Assembly (NCBI RefSeq): GCF_001194135.2
Contig: NC_068986.1
Span: forward strand, 38,923,439-38,978,739
Direction: 5' to 3'
DNA: 55,301 bases
Source: Octopus bimaculoides
Lineage: Eukaryota
The translations under genes were made by a program, and so were the position numbers. The notes beneath the pieces were generated by a model. It made no database searches and was not told the DNA's origin. It was given only the letters and a program-made list of their open reading frames with translations. Below, piece after piece: positions 23,751 to 36,410 of the stretch; within the stretch, counting starts at the first letter, position 1, and each line of letters starts with the position of its first letter.

Positions 23751-24749
23751 ACAGATGAATAAAGTTATTGATACCACTACTGCTATTTTTGTGTAATTTT
23801 TCATGAACAACCTACAATTAAACCCTTCAAAGTTACTACAAATGCTAGATATCACAATCTTTCATATAACATTACCCAAAAATGCATTTCAAAGAATTGG
23901 CTACCTTTTTAGAGTCAGGAAATATGCTGACCTTGATCAGCTACTGAGATTAAAGTACTATTCCCTATCTTGGACAGTGTTCTACTACACATGCAAACAT
24001 ACTAAACTACTGAGTGGTATGAACTCACTCAAAAACATTCTACAATAAAAAAAAAAGAACGAGAATGTTTTTTTATTCTCTCTTTTCTACTTCTACTACA
24101 AAGATTTTTACCCCTTAAAACTTAAGAAGTTGTCCACTCTACTACTGTCATTTGATCATTCGTGCAACACTGGATTCTTTCCCTGCCTATCTTTTTCCTA
24201 CTGAGGATTATGTTGATCATCACCTACATTGTTTTGGCCATTCCAAGCGATACTACATAAATAGTATCGCCCAGATTATAAAAATAAGTGTTGGAATCTC
24301 TGGACAAATGAAGTTCAAGTGAAAGAACATCGTCTCAAGTGTAAAGGGAGGTAACTATATGCGACCCAATTTCCTAACTTAACTAATTTATCTGATAAGG
24401 GTGTCATGAGAATTCTGGCGTCTTTTTTTTATTGTTAAGTCAAGTAGAAAGGCTCCACCCGTAACCTTTGCAGGAAAAGGAGGAGGAAACTACAATTCAT
24501 GAAGCCCCACTAACCAGTACTTGAATTCCTACTTGTAGCCTAGCGAGAAATTAATATTCATGAGTGAGCCCACCAGCAAATAGAACAACATACCAAGATA
24601 TTACTTATGGAGCCAAGCCCCTTATGTCTCGTGGCAGGCTTTCACTGGAAAATTACTTCTATGTATATGCTGTAACACAGTGACATTATGCTAGTGAAGC
24701 TGTGTCTCAAGACACTGAGTTTACCATTGAAATGGAATAATTTATCTCA

Positions 24750-26920
24750 ATATTATATTTAATACTATGAGGATCACACTGTTCAACAACAGAGGCAATA
24801 AAAATCATTAGTTGACCCCTGTTTGTGTTTTTTAACACTTTTATTCTATTGAAAGGTAGAAAAAAGCTAAGAGTTGGAACATTTACTATAAAAACAGAAT
24901 TTTTCAAGATTTAATTATTAACATCTAATGAATAGGTCTTCTGTATTTCTATAATTATATTTTTAAAATGGTCATGTCTTAGTTGCTCGCTTACTGCAGA
25001 CTGTCTTTCTCTATATCCTAGATAGAGAAGTAGTTCTGTTGCTACATTTTGTAGATCTGTAAATATACTTTTTGATTGAAGAAGAAATGGTGCTATCACT
25101 TTTCATTGTCTACATTTATTACAGCAATGATGAGTTGTTATCAAGCACTTTATTGGTCTTTTAAATATACTCTCTTCAGCTAATGTTGGAACAAGACCAA
25201 AGTTATATTCAAACACAAAGTCATATCCAACACAAAGAAAACACGAGCTAACCATCACCTGCTAGTTGCTTTCACATTAGATATTATCATATTATCTTGA
25301 CATTTATCAACCACATCAGCTTCAGCTTTTGTTTTGTCATAAAAAAAAATATCTCTGCTTTTTGTAATAAGTTGTTTTCTGTTGATATTTGAAGGTCAGG
25401 AAGGGTACTACTCAAAACAATGCCATTATTTGATGCAGTGAAGACCACACTAGTTTCTCTTGCATGTTTGAAAACTTCAGTAACTTTTATGCCTTGCTTC
25501 TTCAGGAAGATCTCTGTGGTTTGGATGGATTGTGCGACCATGCTACAGTGTTTTTGTTTTTTCTGTGATGGGGTTAAATGATTATTACTTGTAGCACTGT
25601 AATTTTACTTAAATACTGAACTCAAAAACAGCAACATTTGAAAGATAAATCTCAAAATTAAAAACCACTGTAAACCACCTTTCAACTGCTTTAACAAGAA
25701 AAGTTGGAAATTTGAATAAATCTTTAAGATTTCTGAATGCAAAAATGTATACAAATATATTATTTAGCCACAGTCACCCACAATAGAACAGACCCATAGC
25801 ACTTGGGAAGTCAATTAAATGTCTTAGTGTAACTTTCAGACCTATTGCTGTAAACATTCTATTCTGCCTGTGCACACAACATGCATTGATTTATTAAATT
25901 GAGTGCAGTGAGGCTGTCTAGGCATATATATTTTTTTCTCTGTCCTGTCTGTTAATTGTATACCAGAAGGTTCTAATAGTTTTCATAGTCTACTCAGCCA
26001 AAGCACAACAGTTGTTCCTCTTTACATGCCATTTATTGTAATTTGGGAGATGAATAAAGTTAGATATTACTACTGCTATTTTTGTAAGTGTAATTTTTAT
26101 AGTTGTCTTGACTAAGTGTTATAGATAATGCTTTCAGGATGATATAAGTGTGGTTGTACATATAGTAGAAAGAACTAGGATGGTTGGAGTTTGCAACAGC
26201 AATAACAAATTTTGCTAATCATAGTATGTCACATACTCATCGGTATATGTTTAAGTGGGTAAAATTTAATTTTTACAATAATCCAAAACTTCTTGCTTAC
26301 AAATAAATTATAATGCATCCTTTTGATGAGTTCCAATAGAATGAAATCACACAATATGGGAATTCCAGTGCTCATAACTGACAAATTTTGTCTGCTATGA
26401 CCTATGTGTTTGCTTTTATGCACCAAGTACCTATATAAAAGGATCTCTCAAGGCTAGTAATACAGTATTCAGTGTTCCAAGGTATCCATGTTTAGTTGGA
26501 TATAAAGATTACCTTTTTGCTATTGATACTGCTTCTGTCACTAGTAATTAATTTATAATGCTTTGTTTTTGTTTGAGTATAAAATGTCTAGTAATCCTAA
26601 ACAGGTTGTTGGAATACTATAGAATACATAGTATGTCAGTTGCAAAACTGTCCTCAGAGTTACTGACTACCTCCAGAAACCATTAATTAATGAGAGTTTC
26701 TGTATGGTCATACGACTTGCTAGAATTAGCAGCCAAATCTTCTTCATATAATACCTCTACTGCCTTTAAAAATGAGGACATATTTGTTAATGTAGTCACA
26801 GGTACACTATCTCACAACGAAAAGTCTTTCTTGTTGACTTGTAAGGCATATTATTCATTCTCTTCTTCATGTTGAAATTCAGAGTTTCCATTCTATTTAA
26901 CTAGAATAACCATCATGTAA
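24750..26920 (-). pseudogene. piggyBac-like DDD transposase, heavily decayed, spanning most of the ORF
   Basis: Collinear minus-strand motifs: acidic N-terminus (SEFQHEEENE), TYTDEY (cf. VTIDEQ, first Asp), LPKCYG (cf. KPxKYG), TSNNHLT (cf. TxDNxFT), GIVLSST..EIFFYDKTKAEADVVDK (cf. VILLST..EIxxFYNxTKGGVDxxD), ATSR*WL and a C-terminal Cys cluster (FYCLCC). No TIRs confirmed. Confidence 0.7.
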
Positions 26921-27084
26921 CTGACACTGTTTATCTTGTCAATCTACAAATTTACGACAAGAGGTGTAGTCAACTAGTATTTGAGAAAAGCTTATTGCTA
27001 TATTAGCATATACCAAATATTCTACAACCAACATGCTATCAGTCACAGAAATGGTGAAGCAATCAGGGTATTACTGAAATTACA

Positions 27085-27645
27085 TCATTGAGGAGGTGAA
27101 GCATGATCTTTGAACTCTGAGCCTCACAGATGCAATGACTAGTGACCGAGACCTTTGGCAATATGCTGTACTTGAGAAGACCTATCAAGCTAAGTGAAAT
27201 CATAGTTGTGGCTGATGTTGGTGTTACATAATTGGCACCCATGTCAGTGGCATGTAAAAAGCACCATTCAAGCATTGGGCCTCATGGAGGCAAGGGGACC
27301 AATGTCAGTGGCACATGGAAAGCACCTTTTGAGTGTTGGGCCTCATGTAGGCAATGACAAATGACCAAGACCTCTGGCATTATACTGTGCTTGAGAAGAC
27401 CCATCTAACCAAATAAAGCCATAGTTGTGGCAGACACTGGTGCCATGCAAATGGCACCCACGCCTGTGGCATGTAAAAGCACCCATTGCACTCTTGGAAT
27501 GGTTGGTGTTAGGAAGAGCATCCAGCCATAGAAACCATGCCAAATTAGGGTGGAGTCCAGTGCAGCCTTCCAGCTTGCCAGCCATGGTCAAACCGTTCAA
27601 CCCATGCCAGCATGGACAACAGATGTTAAACGATGATGATGATGA
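27085..27645 (+). mobile_element. RTE LINE 3' end: ORF terminus, internally repetitive 3' UTR and (GAT)n tail
   Basis: EVKHDL*TLSLTDAMTSDRDLWQYAVLEKTYQAK* is followed by repeated ggcatgtaaaaagcacc units and ...gttaaacgatgatgat. Confidence 0.85.
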
Positions 27646-27879
27646 CCCTTCCATGCATGCATGGGTTGGACAGATTTTTCTACAGCCTGATGACCTTCCT
27701 GTCATCAACACACTCATCTGCTTCCAAGTAAGGTAACATTTCCTCATGACCAAATATGTTTTCACAGAAGATAGGAAATAAAAGACATTTGTATAACGGT
27801 GACACTCGTTACAGCTATTACATGAAGTCAAGGCAAGGACATAGTAATATACACACATACGCACATGCACACACATGTA

Positions 27880-27934
<55 letters not shown>

Positions 27935-28837
27935 NNNNNNNNNNNNNNNNNNNNNNNNNNNNNNNNNNNNNNNNNNNNNNNNNNNNNNNNNNNNNNNNNN
28001 NNNNNNNNNNNNNNNNNNNNNNNNNNNNNNNNNNNNNNNNNNNNNNNNNNNNNNNNNNNNNNNNNNNNNNNNNNNNNNNNNNNNNNNNNNNNNNNNNNNN
28101 NNNNNNNNNNNNNNNNNNNNNNNNNNNNNNNNNNNNNNNNNNNNNNNNNNNNNNNNNNNNNNNNNNNNNNNNNNNNNNNNNNNNNNNNNNNNNNNNNNNN
28201 NNNNNNNNNNNNNNNNNNNNNNNNNNNNNNNNNNNNNNNNNNNNNNNNNNNNNNNNNNNNNNNNNNNNNNNNNNNNNNNNNNNNNNNNNNNNNNNNNNNN
28301 NNNNNNNNNNNNNNNNNNNNNNNNNNNNNNNNNNNNNNNNNNNNNNNNNNNNNNNNNNNNNNNNNNNNNNNNNNNNNNNNNNNNNNNNNNNNNNNNNNNN
28401 NNNNNNNNNNNNNNNNNNNNNNNNNNNNNNNNNNNNNNNNNNNNNNNNNNNNNNNNNNNNNNNNNNNNNNNNNNNNNNNNNNNNNNNNNNNNNNNNNNNN
28501 NNNNNNNNNNNNNNNNNNNNNNNNNNNNNNNNNNNNNNNNNNNNNNNNNNNNNNNNNNNNNNNNNNNNNNNNNNNNNNNNNNNNNNNNNNNNNNNNNNNN
28601 NNNNNNNNNNNNNNNNNNNNNNNNNNNNNNNNNNNNNNNNNNNNNNNNNNNNNNNNNNNNNNNNNNNNNNNNNNNNNNNNNNNNNNNNNNNNNNNNNNNN
28701 NNNNNNNNNNNNNNNNNNNNNNNNNNNNNNNNNNNNNNNNNNNNNNNNNNNNNNNNNNNNNNNNNNNNNNNNNNNNNNNNNNNNNNNNNNNNNNNNNNNN
28801 NNNNNNNNNNNNNNNNNNNNNNNNNNNNNNNNNNNNN
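27935..28837. other. Assembly gap (N run) flanked by (TA)n
   Basis: Direct reading. Confidence 1.
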
Positions 28838-28907
28838 TATATATATTGATAGAAAAGGTAAGATAACAAAAGAAAGAAAGAAACCTCGATATGTAACTAG
28901 AGGAATT

Positions 28908-29193
28908 TATCTGTAAATAATAAGTGACAATTATTCGGTAGCCATGATAAATCTCCGAGTTTCGGATGTCAGGGCAGAAACCCACGCCGCCATCTCTTCA
29001 GTTATCTGGCTATTGAAAAAATGCTATGAAAATGACTGTTAAACAAAGGGAAATTGCTGTGTGGTTGACCGTTATTAAGACAAAAGAGCTATTAGAATGA
29101 CCGCTAAGTGAGGGGAGGGAGTAAAGATAAGGGAGTAAAAATGTCCATAGTATTCATGGCTACTGAATAATAGTCACATATTATTTACAGATA
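28908..29193. mobile_element. TA-flanked MITE (Tc1/mariner-type) with 40-bp TIRs
   Basis: tatctgtaaataataagtgacaattattcggtagccatga (28908-28947) versus the reverse complement of 29154-29193: 3 mismatches in 40. Confidence 0.85.
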
Positions 29194-29202
29194 TATATAT
29201 TA

Positions 29203-29400
29203 TCATCATCATCATCATCATCGTCGCTTAACGTCCGCTTTCCATGCTAGCATGGGTTGGACGATTTGACTGAGGACTGGCAAGCCAGAAGGCTGCACCA
29301 GGCTCCAATCTGATCTGGCAGAGTTTCTACAGCTGAATGCCCCTCCTAACGCCAACCACTCTGAGAGTGTAGTGGGTGCTTTTACGTGCCACCAGCATGA
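29203..29400 (-). mobile_element. Young 5'-truncated RTE tail inserted beside (TA)n
   Basis: catcatcatc..ttaacgtccgctttccatgctagcatgggttggacg with CpGs intact. Confidence 0.85.
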
Positions 29401-29419
29401 GGGCAAGTGTTTGCTATAT

Positions 29420-31222
29420 ATATATCTTTTATCTTTTACTTGTTTCAGTCATTAGACAACAGCCATGCTGGGACACTGCCATGAAGAATTTTTTTTAGCT
29501 GAATGAGTCAATCTCAGTACTTATTTTTTTGTAAAGCCCGGTATTTATTGTATCAGTCTCGTTTGCCGAATCGCAAAGTTGCGGGGGACATAAACATGCC
29601 AACACTGGTTGTCAAGCAGTAGTGGAGACAAAGATACATGCACACACATGCATGCATACACAATAACATACATACATACATACGTACATACATACATACA
29701 TACATACATATAAATAAATATACATATATGCGACAGGCTTCTTTCAGTTTCTGTCTACCAAATCCACTCACAAGGCTTTGGTTGTAGAAGACACCTGCCT
29801 AAGGTACCACACAGGGGGACTGAATCCAGAACCATGTGGTTGGGAAGCAATCTTTTTATCACTCAGCCACATCTGCAGTATATCAAGTATTACTGAGAAT
29901 GTCATATTTGAAGTAGCACTTGAAAATCTAATGTCTGAACAAACCAAAAAAAGGAATAAATAAATAAAAAGGCTCTGCTATAATAATATTTTATAGCAGA
30001 TAGCTAAGACCTAATAAGCACTATTTTAGTATTGTTGGATACAGACTACCCTAATCAAAGTTAGGTGTGCCACATCAAATTTGAAAATAGTTTACTCTGT
30101 AGTTTACTCATGTGACAAGTTTCATGGGTGGGACAGATCTCAGTTAGGAAAATAACATCTATTTTATTTCTAAATCTTTCAGAGAAAGTTATAGGTTTTT
30201 GGCATTGAATCATAATTAAATCATTGATAAATTTTATAGAATGATAACACAATCTATTGATACTTTGTAAACTGAACATTATATGAGCAATTAGGTATTA
30301 CTATATTTGTGTCTTTTATCTTTTACTTGTTTCGGTCATTGGACCGTGGCCATGCTGGGACACTAGCTTGATGAGTTTAGTCAAACATATCAACCCCAGT
30401 ACTTATTTTTCAAAGTTTGGTACTTGTTCTACTGGTCTCTTTTGTGAACTGCTAGGTTATGGAGATATAAACAAACCAGCACCAGTTGTCAACAGTTGGA
30501 TGGTACAACAAACACAAAGACACATGCACTCAACAAACACACATACACATGCACATGTATGTATGTGTGTGTGTGTGTGTGTGTGTAAATATAAATATAT
30601 ATATGTATGAATATATGTACGTGTGTGTTTCTGTTTACCAAATTCACTCACAAGGTATTAGTCGACCTGAAGCTATAGCAGACAATGCTTGTCCAAAATG
30701 CTACACAGTGGGACTGAGCCTGAAACCATGTGACTGGTTGCCAAGCAAACTTCTTAACTGTACGGCTATGCCTGCACCTATCTGTAACAAAACATTATAT
30801 ATTCTAATTAACAGCTGAAGTGTCTATTAACAGCTAATTAAAATATATTATGAATCTGAAACACTAGTTGCAACACACAAAGTAAATGTAAAAATGTAAT
30901 TAGAAAATTGCTACCAAAAATTTTTAAAAAAAAGGATTGGAAATTCCTGAATAAAATAAATATAGTAATGATTTCAACAATGGTCTGACCTGAAATTGTA
31001 TATCAATCTGTGTATGTGTGAGAAATATATATGTTTATTAATAGCAACAATATGTAGAGAAACAGAAACTTCACAATGTGTGACATCCTTCCAGACATAT
31101 TCATTGTAATAATTGGATGGGTGACAGAATGACAAGCTACTTTGATTGTGCACGTGTGTGTGTATGAAGCATGTGTATGTATATATGTATGTGTGTGTGT
31201 ATGTATGTATATGTGTGTGTGC

Positions 31223-31271
<49 letters not shown>

Positions 31272-31425
31272 TATATACAGGAGTGGCTGCGTGGTAAGTA
31301 GCTTGCTTACCAGTCACATGGTTCTGTATGGCACCTTGGGCAAGTGTCTTCTGCTATAGCCTCAGGCTGACCAAAGACTTCTGAGAGGATTTGGTAGACG
31401 GAAACTGAAAGAAGCCTGTCATATG
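29420..31425. mobile_element. Cluster of SINE family A copies (about 29420-29875 minus, 30310-30780 minus, 31280-31425 plus, head only) with microsatellites
   Basis: Family A head, core and tail motifs as at 11100-11455. Confidence 0.8.
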
Positions 31426-31429
31426 TGTG

Positions 31430-31512
<83 letters not shown>

Positions 31513-31515
<3 letters not shown>

Positions 31516-32185
31516 CATCATCATCATCATCATCATCATCGTTTAATATCCGCTTTCCATGCTACCATGGGTTGGACGATTTGACTGAGGACTGGCGAAC
31601 CAGATGCACCAGGCTCCATCAGACTCCAATCTGATCTGGCAGAGTTTCTACAGCTGGGTGCCCTTCCTAATGCCAACTACTCTAAGAGTGTAGTGGGTGC
31701 TTTTACATGCCAAAAGCATGAGTGCTAGTCAGGCGGTACTGGCAACAGCCATGCTCAAGTGGTGTTTTTTACGTGCCACCTGCACAGGAGCCAATCCAGC
31801 AGCACTGGCAATGACCTTGCTCGAATGTTTTTTCATGTGCCATCGGCACAAGTGCCAGTAAGGTGACACTGGTAACAATCACGTTCGAATGGTGCTTTTT
31901 ACGTGCCACCGGTATAGAAACCAGTCAGCTGCTCTAGCAGTGATCACGCTCGGATGGTCCTCTTAGCGCTCCACTCGCACGGGTGCCAGTCATTGAATTT
32001 GTGAATTTGACTTGATTTCGATTTCACTTGCCTCAACAGGTCTTCGCAAGCAGACTTTAGTGTCCAATGAAGGAAAGGTACGCATAAGTGGGCTGGTTAC
32101 GGCCCTGGCATAGGCCACAGGTAATGGTCTCACTTGGCTTGCCGGGTCTTCTCACGCACTGCATATTTCCACACACTGCATATTT
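31513..32185 (-). mobile_element. RTE LINE 3' end (ORF terminus WKYAVREKTRQAK*, 3' UTR with ~65-bp degenerate repeats, (GAT)n tail)
   Basis: Homologous to 27085-27645; ends against a long (TA)n tract. Confidence 0.85.
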
Positions 32186-35100
32186 ATTTGTCTTCAGTCG
32201 CTCCCTGTAGTTCATCTGCTGGACTGTGGCGATCTTTTCTGTATAGTGACGATGAACTGCCTCAAGTTCTGTTGTTAGCTTGACACTGTATGGTGACCAC
32301 AACTGTGAGCAATAGTCTAGGCAACTCAGAACAAATGTCTTCCATAGAATCGACATGACTTTTTGATCCCTTGTTCTGAATGTCCTCAGTATCCACCCTG
32401 CTAGTTGTCTGTACTTTACTGTCAATTTGACAATGTGCATGTGAAATGATGCATCACTACACATGCTGATGCCCAGGTCTCTCATTGTTTGTGGTTCTGG
32501 GATTGCAGTACCTCCAGGTCCTGTGTATGCCAGTTGGGGGGCACTTGTGGCCTTGTAGCGCAGAACTTGAAATTTTTTAGCATTGAACCGCATATTACTT
32601 TGCTCTGCCCATTTGTATATTGCATTTAGGTCATTCTGCAGGTTTATGACATCATCAGGATTCTTCATTGCCTGAGATAATTTTGTGTTATCAGCATAGC
32701 TAGTGACAATGGCTGTCCGAGTGACATGTCCAAGTGGGCATGTCTAGAAGGGCTACTATGAACAGTAGTGGCCCCAGGACAGTTCCTTGTGGAACACCGC
32801 TCAATATTTGCATTTCCCTAGATAATTCTCCATTGGCTGCAACTGTCTGACTTCTACCATTCAGGAAGTCATGCAGCCACTCTCCTAATTTACCAGCTAT
32901 GCCAAGGTTTCACAGCTTGTGACATATCATGCCATGATCAATTTTGTCAAAGGCCTTTGCAAAGTCAAGATATATCACATCAACATTTGAATGGTCAAGT
33001 AGCTGCTTCAGGACCCAGTCATAATGCTGCAAGAGCTGCGTGAGGCAGCTTCTACCTGGACGGAGGCCATGCTGGGTCTCATTCAGCAAGTCAGTTTCTT
33101 CTAGGAATGCAATCAGCCTCCTTCTGACAATTCGTTTCATGACTTTGCTAATATGTGAAGTCAGTGAGATGGGCCTGTAGTTCCCAGCCTCTGCTCTGCT
33201 TTCACCTTTATGGGTGCTTTTTAGGAAGTTTACCACTTGCAAGGAAACTCTGGAAGAGTATCCGGAGTGGTCCCACTAATTCTTGTTTACATGACTTTAG
33301 GAGGACAGCTGGGAAACCATCGAGGCTGTTGCCAAATTTGAGCTCATTTCGTTTATGGCCGCTATTACATCTTCCTCTTCAATGTCAATGTAGGTAATGG
33401 ATGCAGTCTTTTTCTGCTGAGTGATATTCTCAAAGAAATCAGCTGGATTCTTTATCTGCATGTGACTCAGAGGAGAAGTGAAAACACTCTTGAATTGCAC
33501 ACTGAGCATTTCACTTATCCATTTGGGGTCTGCAGTCAGTGAGCCATTAAGCAGGAAGAGGGGTCCTATTTTGTACTGTGCTGTAGCAGTATCCTTTGCA
33601 AATCTATAGAAAGCCTTGTGGGAGGTGGGAGGTTATGCTTTCTACTGCTCTTTTCTCCTTCTTTGCTCTCTCCTTTTCATGGGAAAGTTTAATTTTGTTT
33701 TCTATTTCTAACAGTGTTAGTTTTAATTTAGCCTTTTTCACTTCCAGTTCTCTATTGAACTGATTTGAGACCTTTGTTCTGTGTCTCATAAGAATTTTCC
33801 TGTCTCTGGGAATTCTATTGGCATGTTTGCTGGCCTTTCTTTCTGGCACATATTTGGCGCATATTTCTTGTATGGTTGACATAAAATGACTTAGTTTGAG
33901 GTCATTGTCTTGTATAGAAAGGCTGTCATGCCAGTTTTGATTTCGAATCTCTTTGTGAATTGACTTCCAGTCTGCCCTATGGAAATTCAGGTTGGATATG
34001 GCTTGAGTACTCCTGATGGGGTGGGTGTCAGTGGGTTGTCTAGGACCATACATTGTTAATTCTATAATGTTATGATCTGAAAGAGATGTAGGTGTTACTT
34101 TCACATTATGGATTAGGCTCACATTGTTTGTGAAGCAGAGATTTAAAATATTGCTTCCCCTGGTTGGTTGGAGTATCACTTGATACTAACAAAGATTTTG
34201 CCTGGCTTTGTTCATGCAGTGACATCCCAGAGAGGATGTGACCTTCAGGCCATTTAACATTTGGGAGGTTAAAGTCGCCTAGGAAAAGTATCTTGATGTG
34301 TTGGTCCAGATTTGTCAAGACCTCTTCTATGCATCTGAGGCTATCCTCAAATTTACCCTCCTGCTTTGCGGTATTTGGTGGACAGTATGTTGAGCATACA
34401 ACTACATCAATTTGTTTAATGTGTACTATTAAAGTGTCACAGACAGAGTTTGTGTGTGATAAGAGTAGTAGGGGTGTGACATCTTCTCGGATGTACATTG
34501 CAACTCCCCCATGACTTCTATCTTTCTACCTGGTCGGTGTATGGCATACTCTGATATGTTTATCTCTGCATCTGCGATATTAGATGTTAGATGCATTTCG
34601 GTAAGCACCTTGCATATTGCTTGTTGCATGCAGCAAGGTCTTTCAGGTATAGAAACTTGTCTCTGCCGCCTGTTCGTAATAGGCCCCAGAAATTCAGTAG
34701 GAATATGGGTGTGATATGTGTGCAGGGGATCTCTGGTGTCAGTGGTGGCCATCCTGGATCCATCGTCTGTAGTGGTCTTGGATAGTGGTTTGTATGGTGT
34801 TGACTCTGTACCTTTTGTATCCATGTTAGTTGATGCACTATTTTCTGGGTCATGCTTAAAAAAGCTTGCTGTTCAGCTGCTGCAGTTCACACAGCCTCTA
34901 CATATAGCCTTTTGTTGGGAGCAGAAGGAATATGTGGACTTCTGTCCTTGTGAGTCCTGTTGGTTCTTGGTGGATTACGGGTATGCAGGTTCAAGTTTTT
35001 TGGTCTCCCTTTTCTGTGATCCTGCTTATTTTGTTGTGGGTGGTCATCACTAACACTACCTCTGTTACAGGGTCCAATCTACACACTCTCTGCATCCTAC

Positions 35101-35330
35101 ACAGTTTCTCATGCACCTCCTCTAACCTAATCTACTGCATCAGATGCAACTTATGTGACAAACTATATGGCTAGGTTCAGACTCCCCCGTCGCCCATCAT
35201 TTCCACTTGGCCAACCACTCCCCCTCTAACATCTCTGTTTTTGGCCTCACTCTGCACCATGGATCCACTCCCTCGCAACTCCACCTGGAACAGCATTATA
35301 TTTTCAACTTACGAACAGCTTTCCCCTTAG
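32186..35330 (-). mobile_element. CR1-clade LINE with APE and RT, lacking its own 3' end
   Basis: APE: FLLNFWGL, GGVAMYIRED, LFLGDFNLPNVKW, SLSDHNII. RT: NYRPISLTSHISKVM, QHGLRPGRSCLTQLL, DVIYLDFAKAFDK, GVPQGTVLGPLLF, SYADNTK, LDYCSQLWSP. Many stops. Confidence 0.93.
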
Positions 35331-35519
35331 AACATAACATAGCCCCCTCCTCCTAATGACTGTCTCCTCTACGATGAAGCAACACTTTTTTTCATTTTTT
35401 CATTTTTCCTTGTTTTTTATATTAATCCCCCTTACCCCTTATCCACTTTATTCTATTTCAATTATTCACTATTTTATTACAATTATTACAATTATTCACA
35501 ATTTATTTAATTTCTTCCT

Positions 35520-36410
35520 ACATGTACACATACCCACACACACGAAAAATACATGCACCTGTACACATACCCCCACACACACCACACAAACACAACACAT
35601 ATGCATGCACTTATATGCTCAGATACATCCACACACATATACAAACGCACATACACACGCACACTTGTGCACACACGCACACTTGTGCACACACGCACAC
35701 TTGTGCACACACGCACACTTGTGCACACACACACGCAAAAACACATGCATACATATACATACACACACACTCATGCACACTCACACCCATGCATACATAA
35801 CCCATGTATACCCCCATTCACATATACCTCCCACACACCTGACATATATACCGCCCACACACCTGACAACACACATGACAAACATACATGCGCTCTCACA
35901 CACACATATAGACGAATGCACACATATATACACACATACACATGCACAGTAATGCACACACACCTACTCACACAACCCTACACTCAGACAGATACACACA
36001 CCTATATATACGCGCACACATAAACGCACACGCCTACACACAACCACATACACATACACACACAGCCACATATACATACACACACACACAGAAGTACATA
36101 CACGCAATAAAACGCATACATACTTGACACACAGCTCTACGCTCACACACAAATACACATGCACACACACACAAACACACACATACACACATATACACAC
36201 ACACTTGCATACGCACGCACACATACCTCCCACATAGACAACACGCACTCACACAGACACGCATACAATTACACACACATGGGCATAAATAACATGCACA
36301 TGCACGTATGCACGTAAGCAAATGCACGCACACACACACACACATACACAGGAACGCACATATACGCAACATACATACACATACACACACACACGCATGC
36401 ATGCACGAAA
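35520..36410. repeat. Complex CA-rich low-complexity block containing an 18-bp minisatellite (acacgcacacttgtgcac x4, 35655-35726)
   Basis: Direct reading. Confidence 0.95.

Noticed and set aside
24247-24270. 9-bp perfect hairpin (gcgatacta-cataaa-tagtatcgc) as a Helitron 3' end
   Set aside because: No CTRR terminus at the expected distance and no Rep/helicase relic nearby.
25570-25577. GGGTTAA as a piggyBac terminus
   Set aside because: It falls inside the transposase reading frame (TSNNHLTP region), not at an end, and no matching opposite terminus was found.
27343-28985. Long ORFs of 324-508 aa in the ORF track
   Set aside because: They are artefacts of translating through a 903-nt N gap and (TA)n flanks.
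35356-36402. His/Thr- and Val/Cys-rich ORFs
   Set aside because: Translations of CA/TG low-complexity sequence, with no coding signature.
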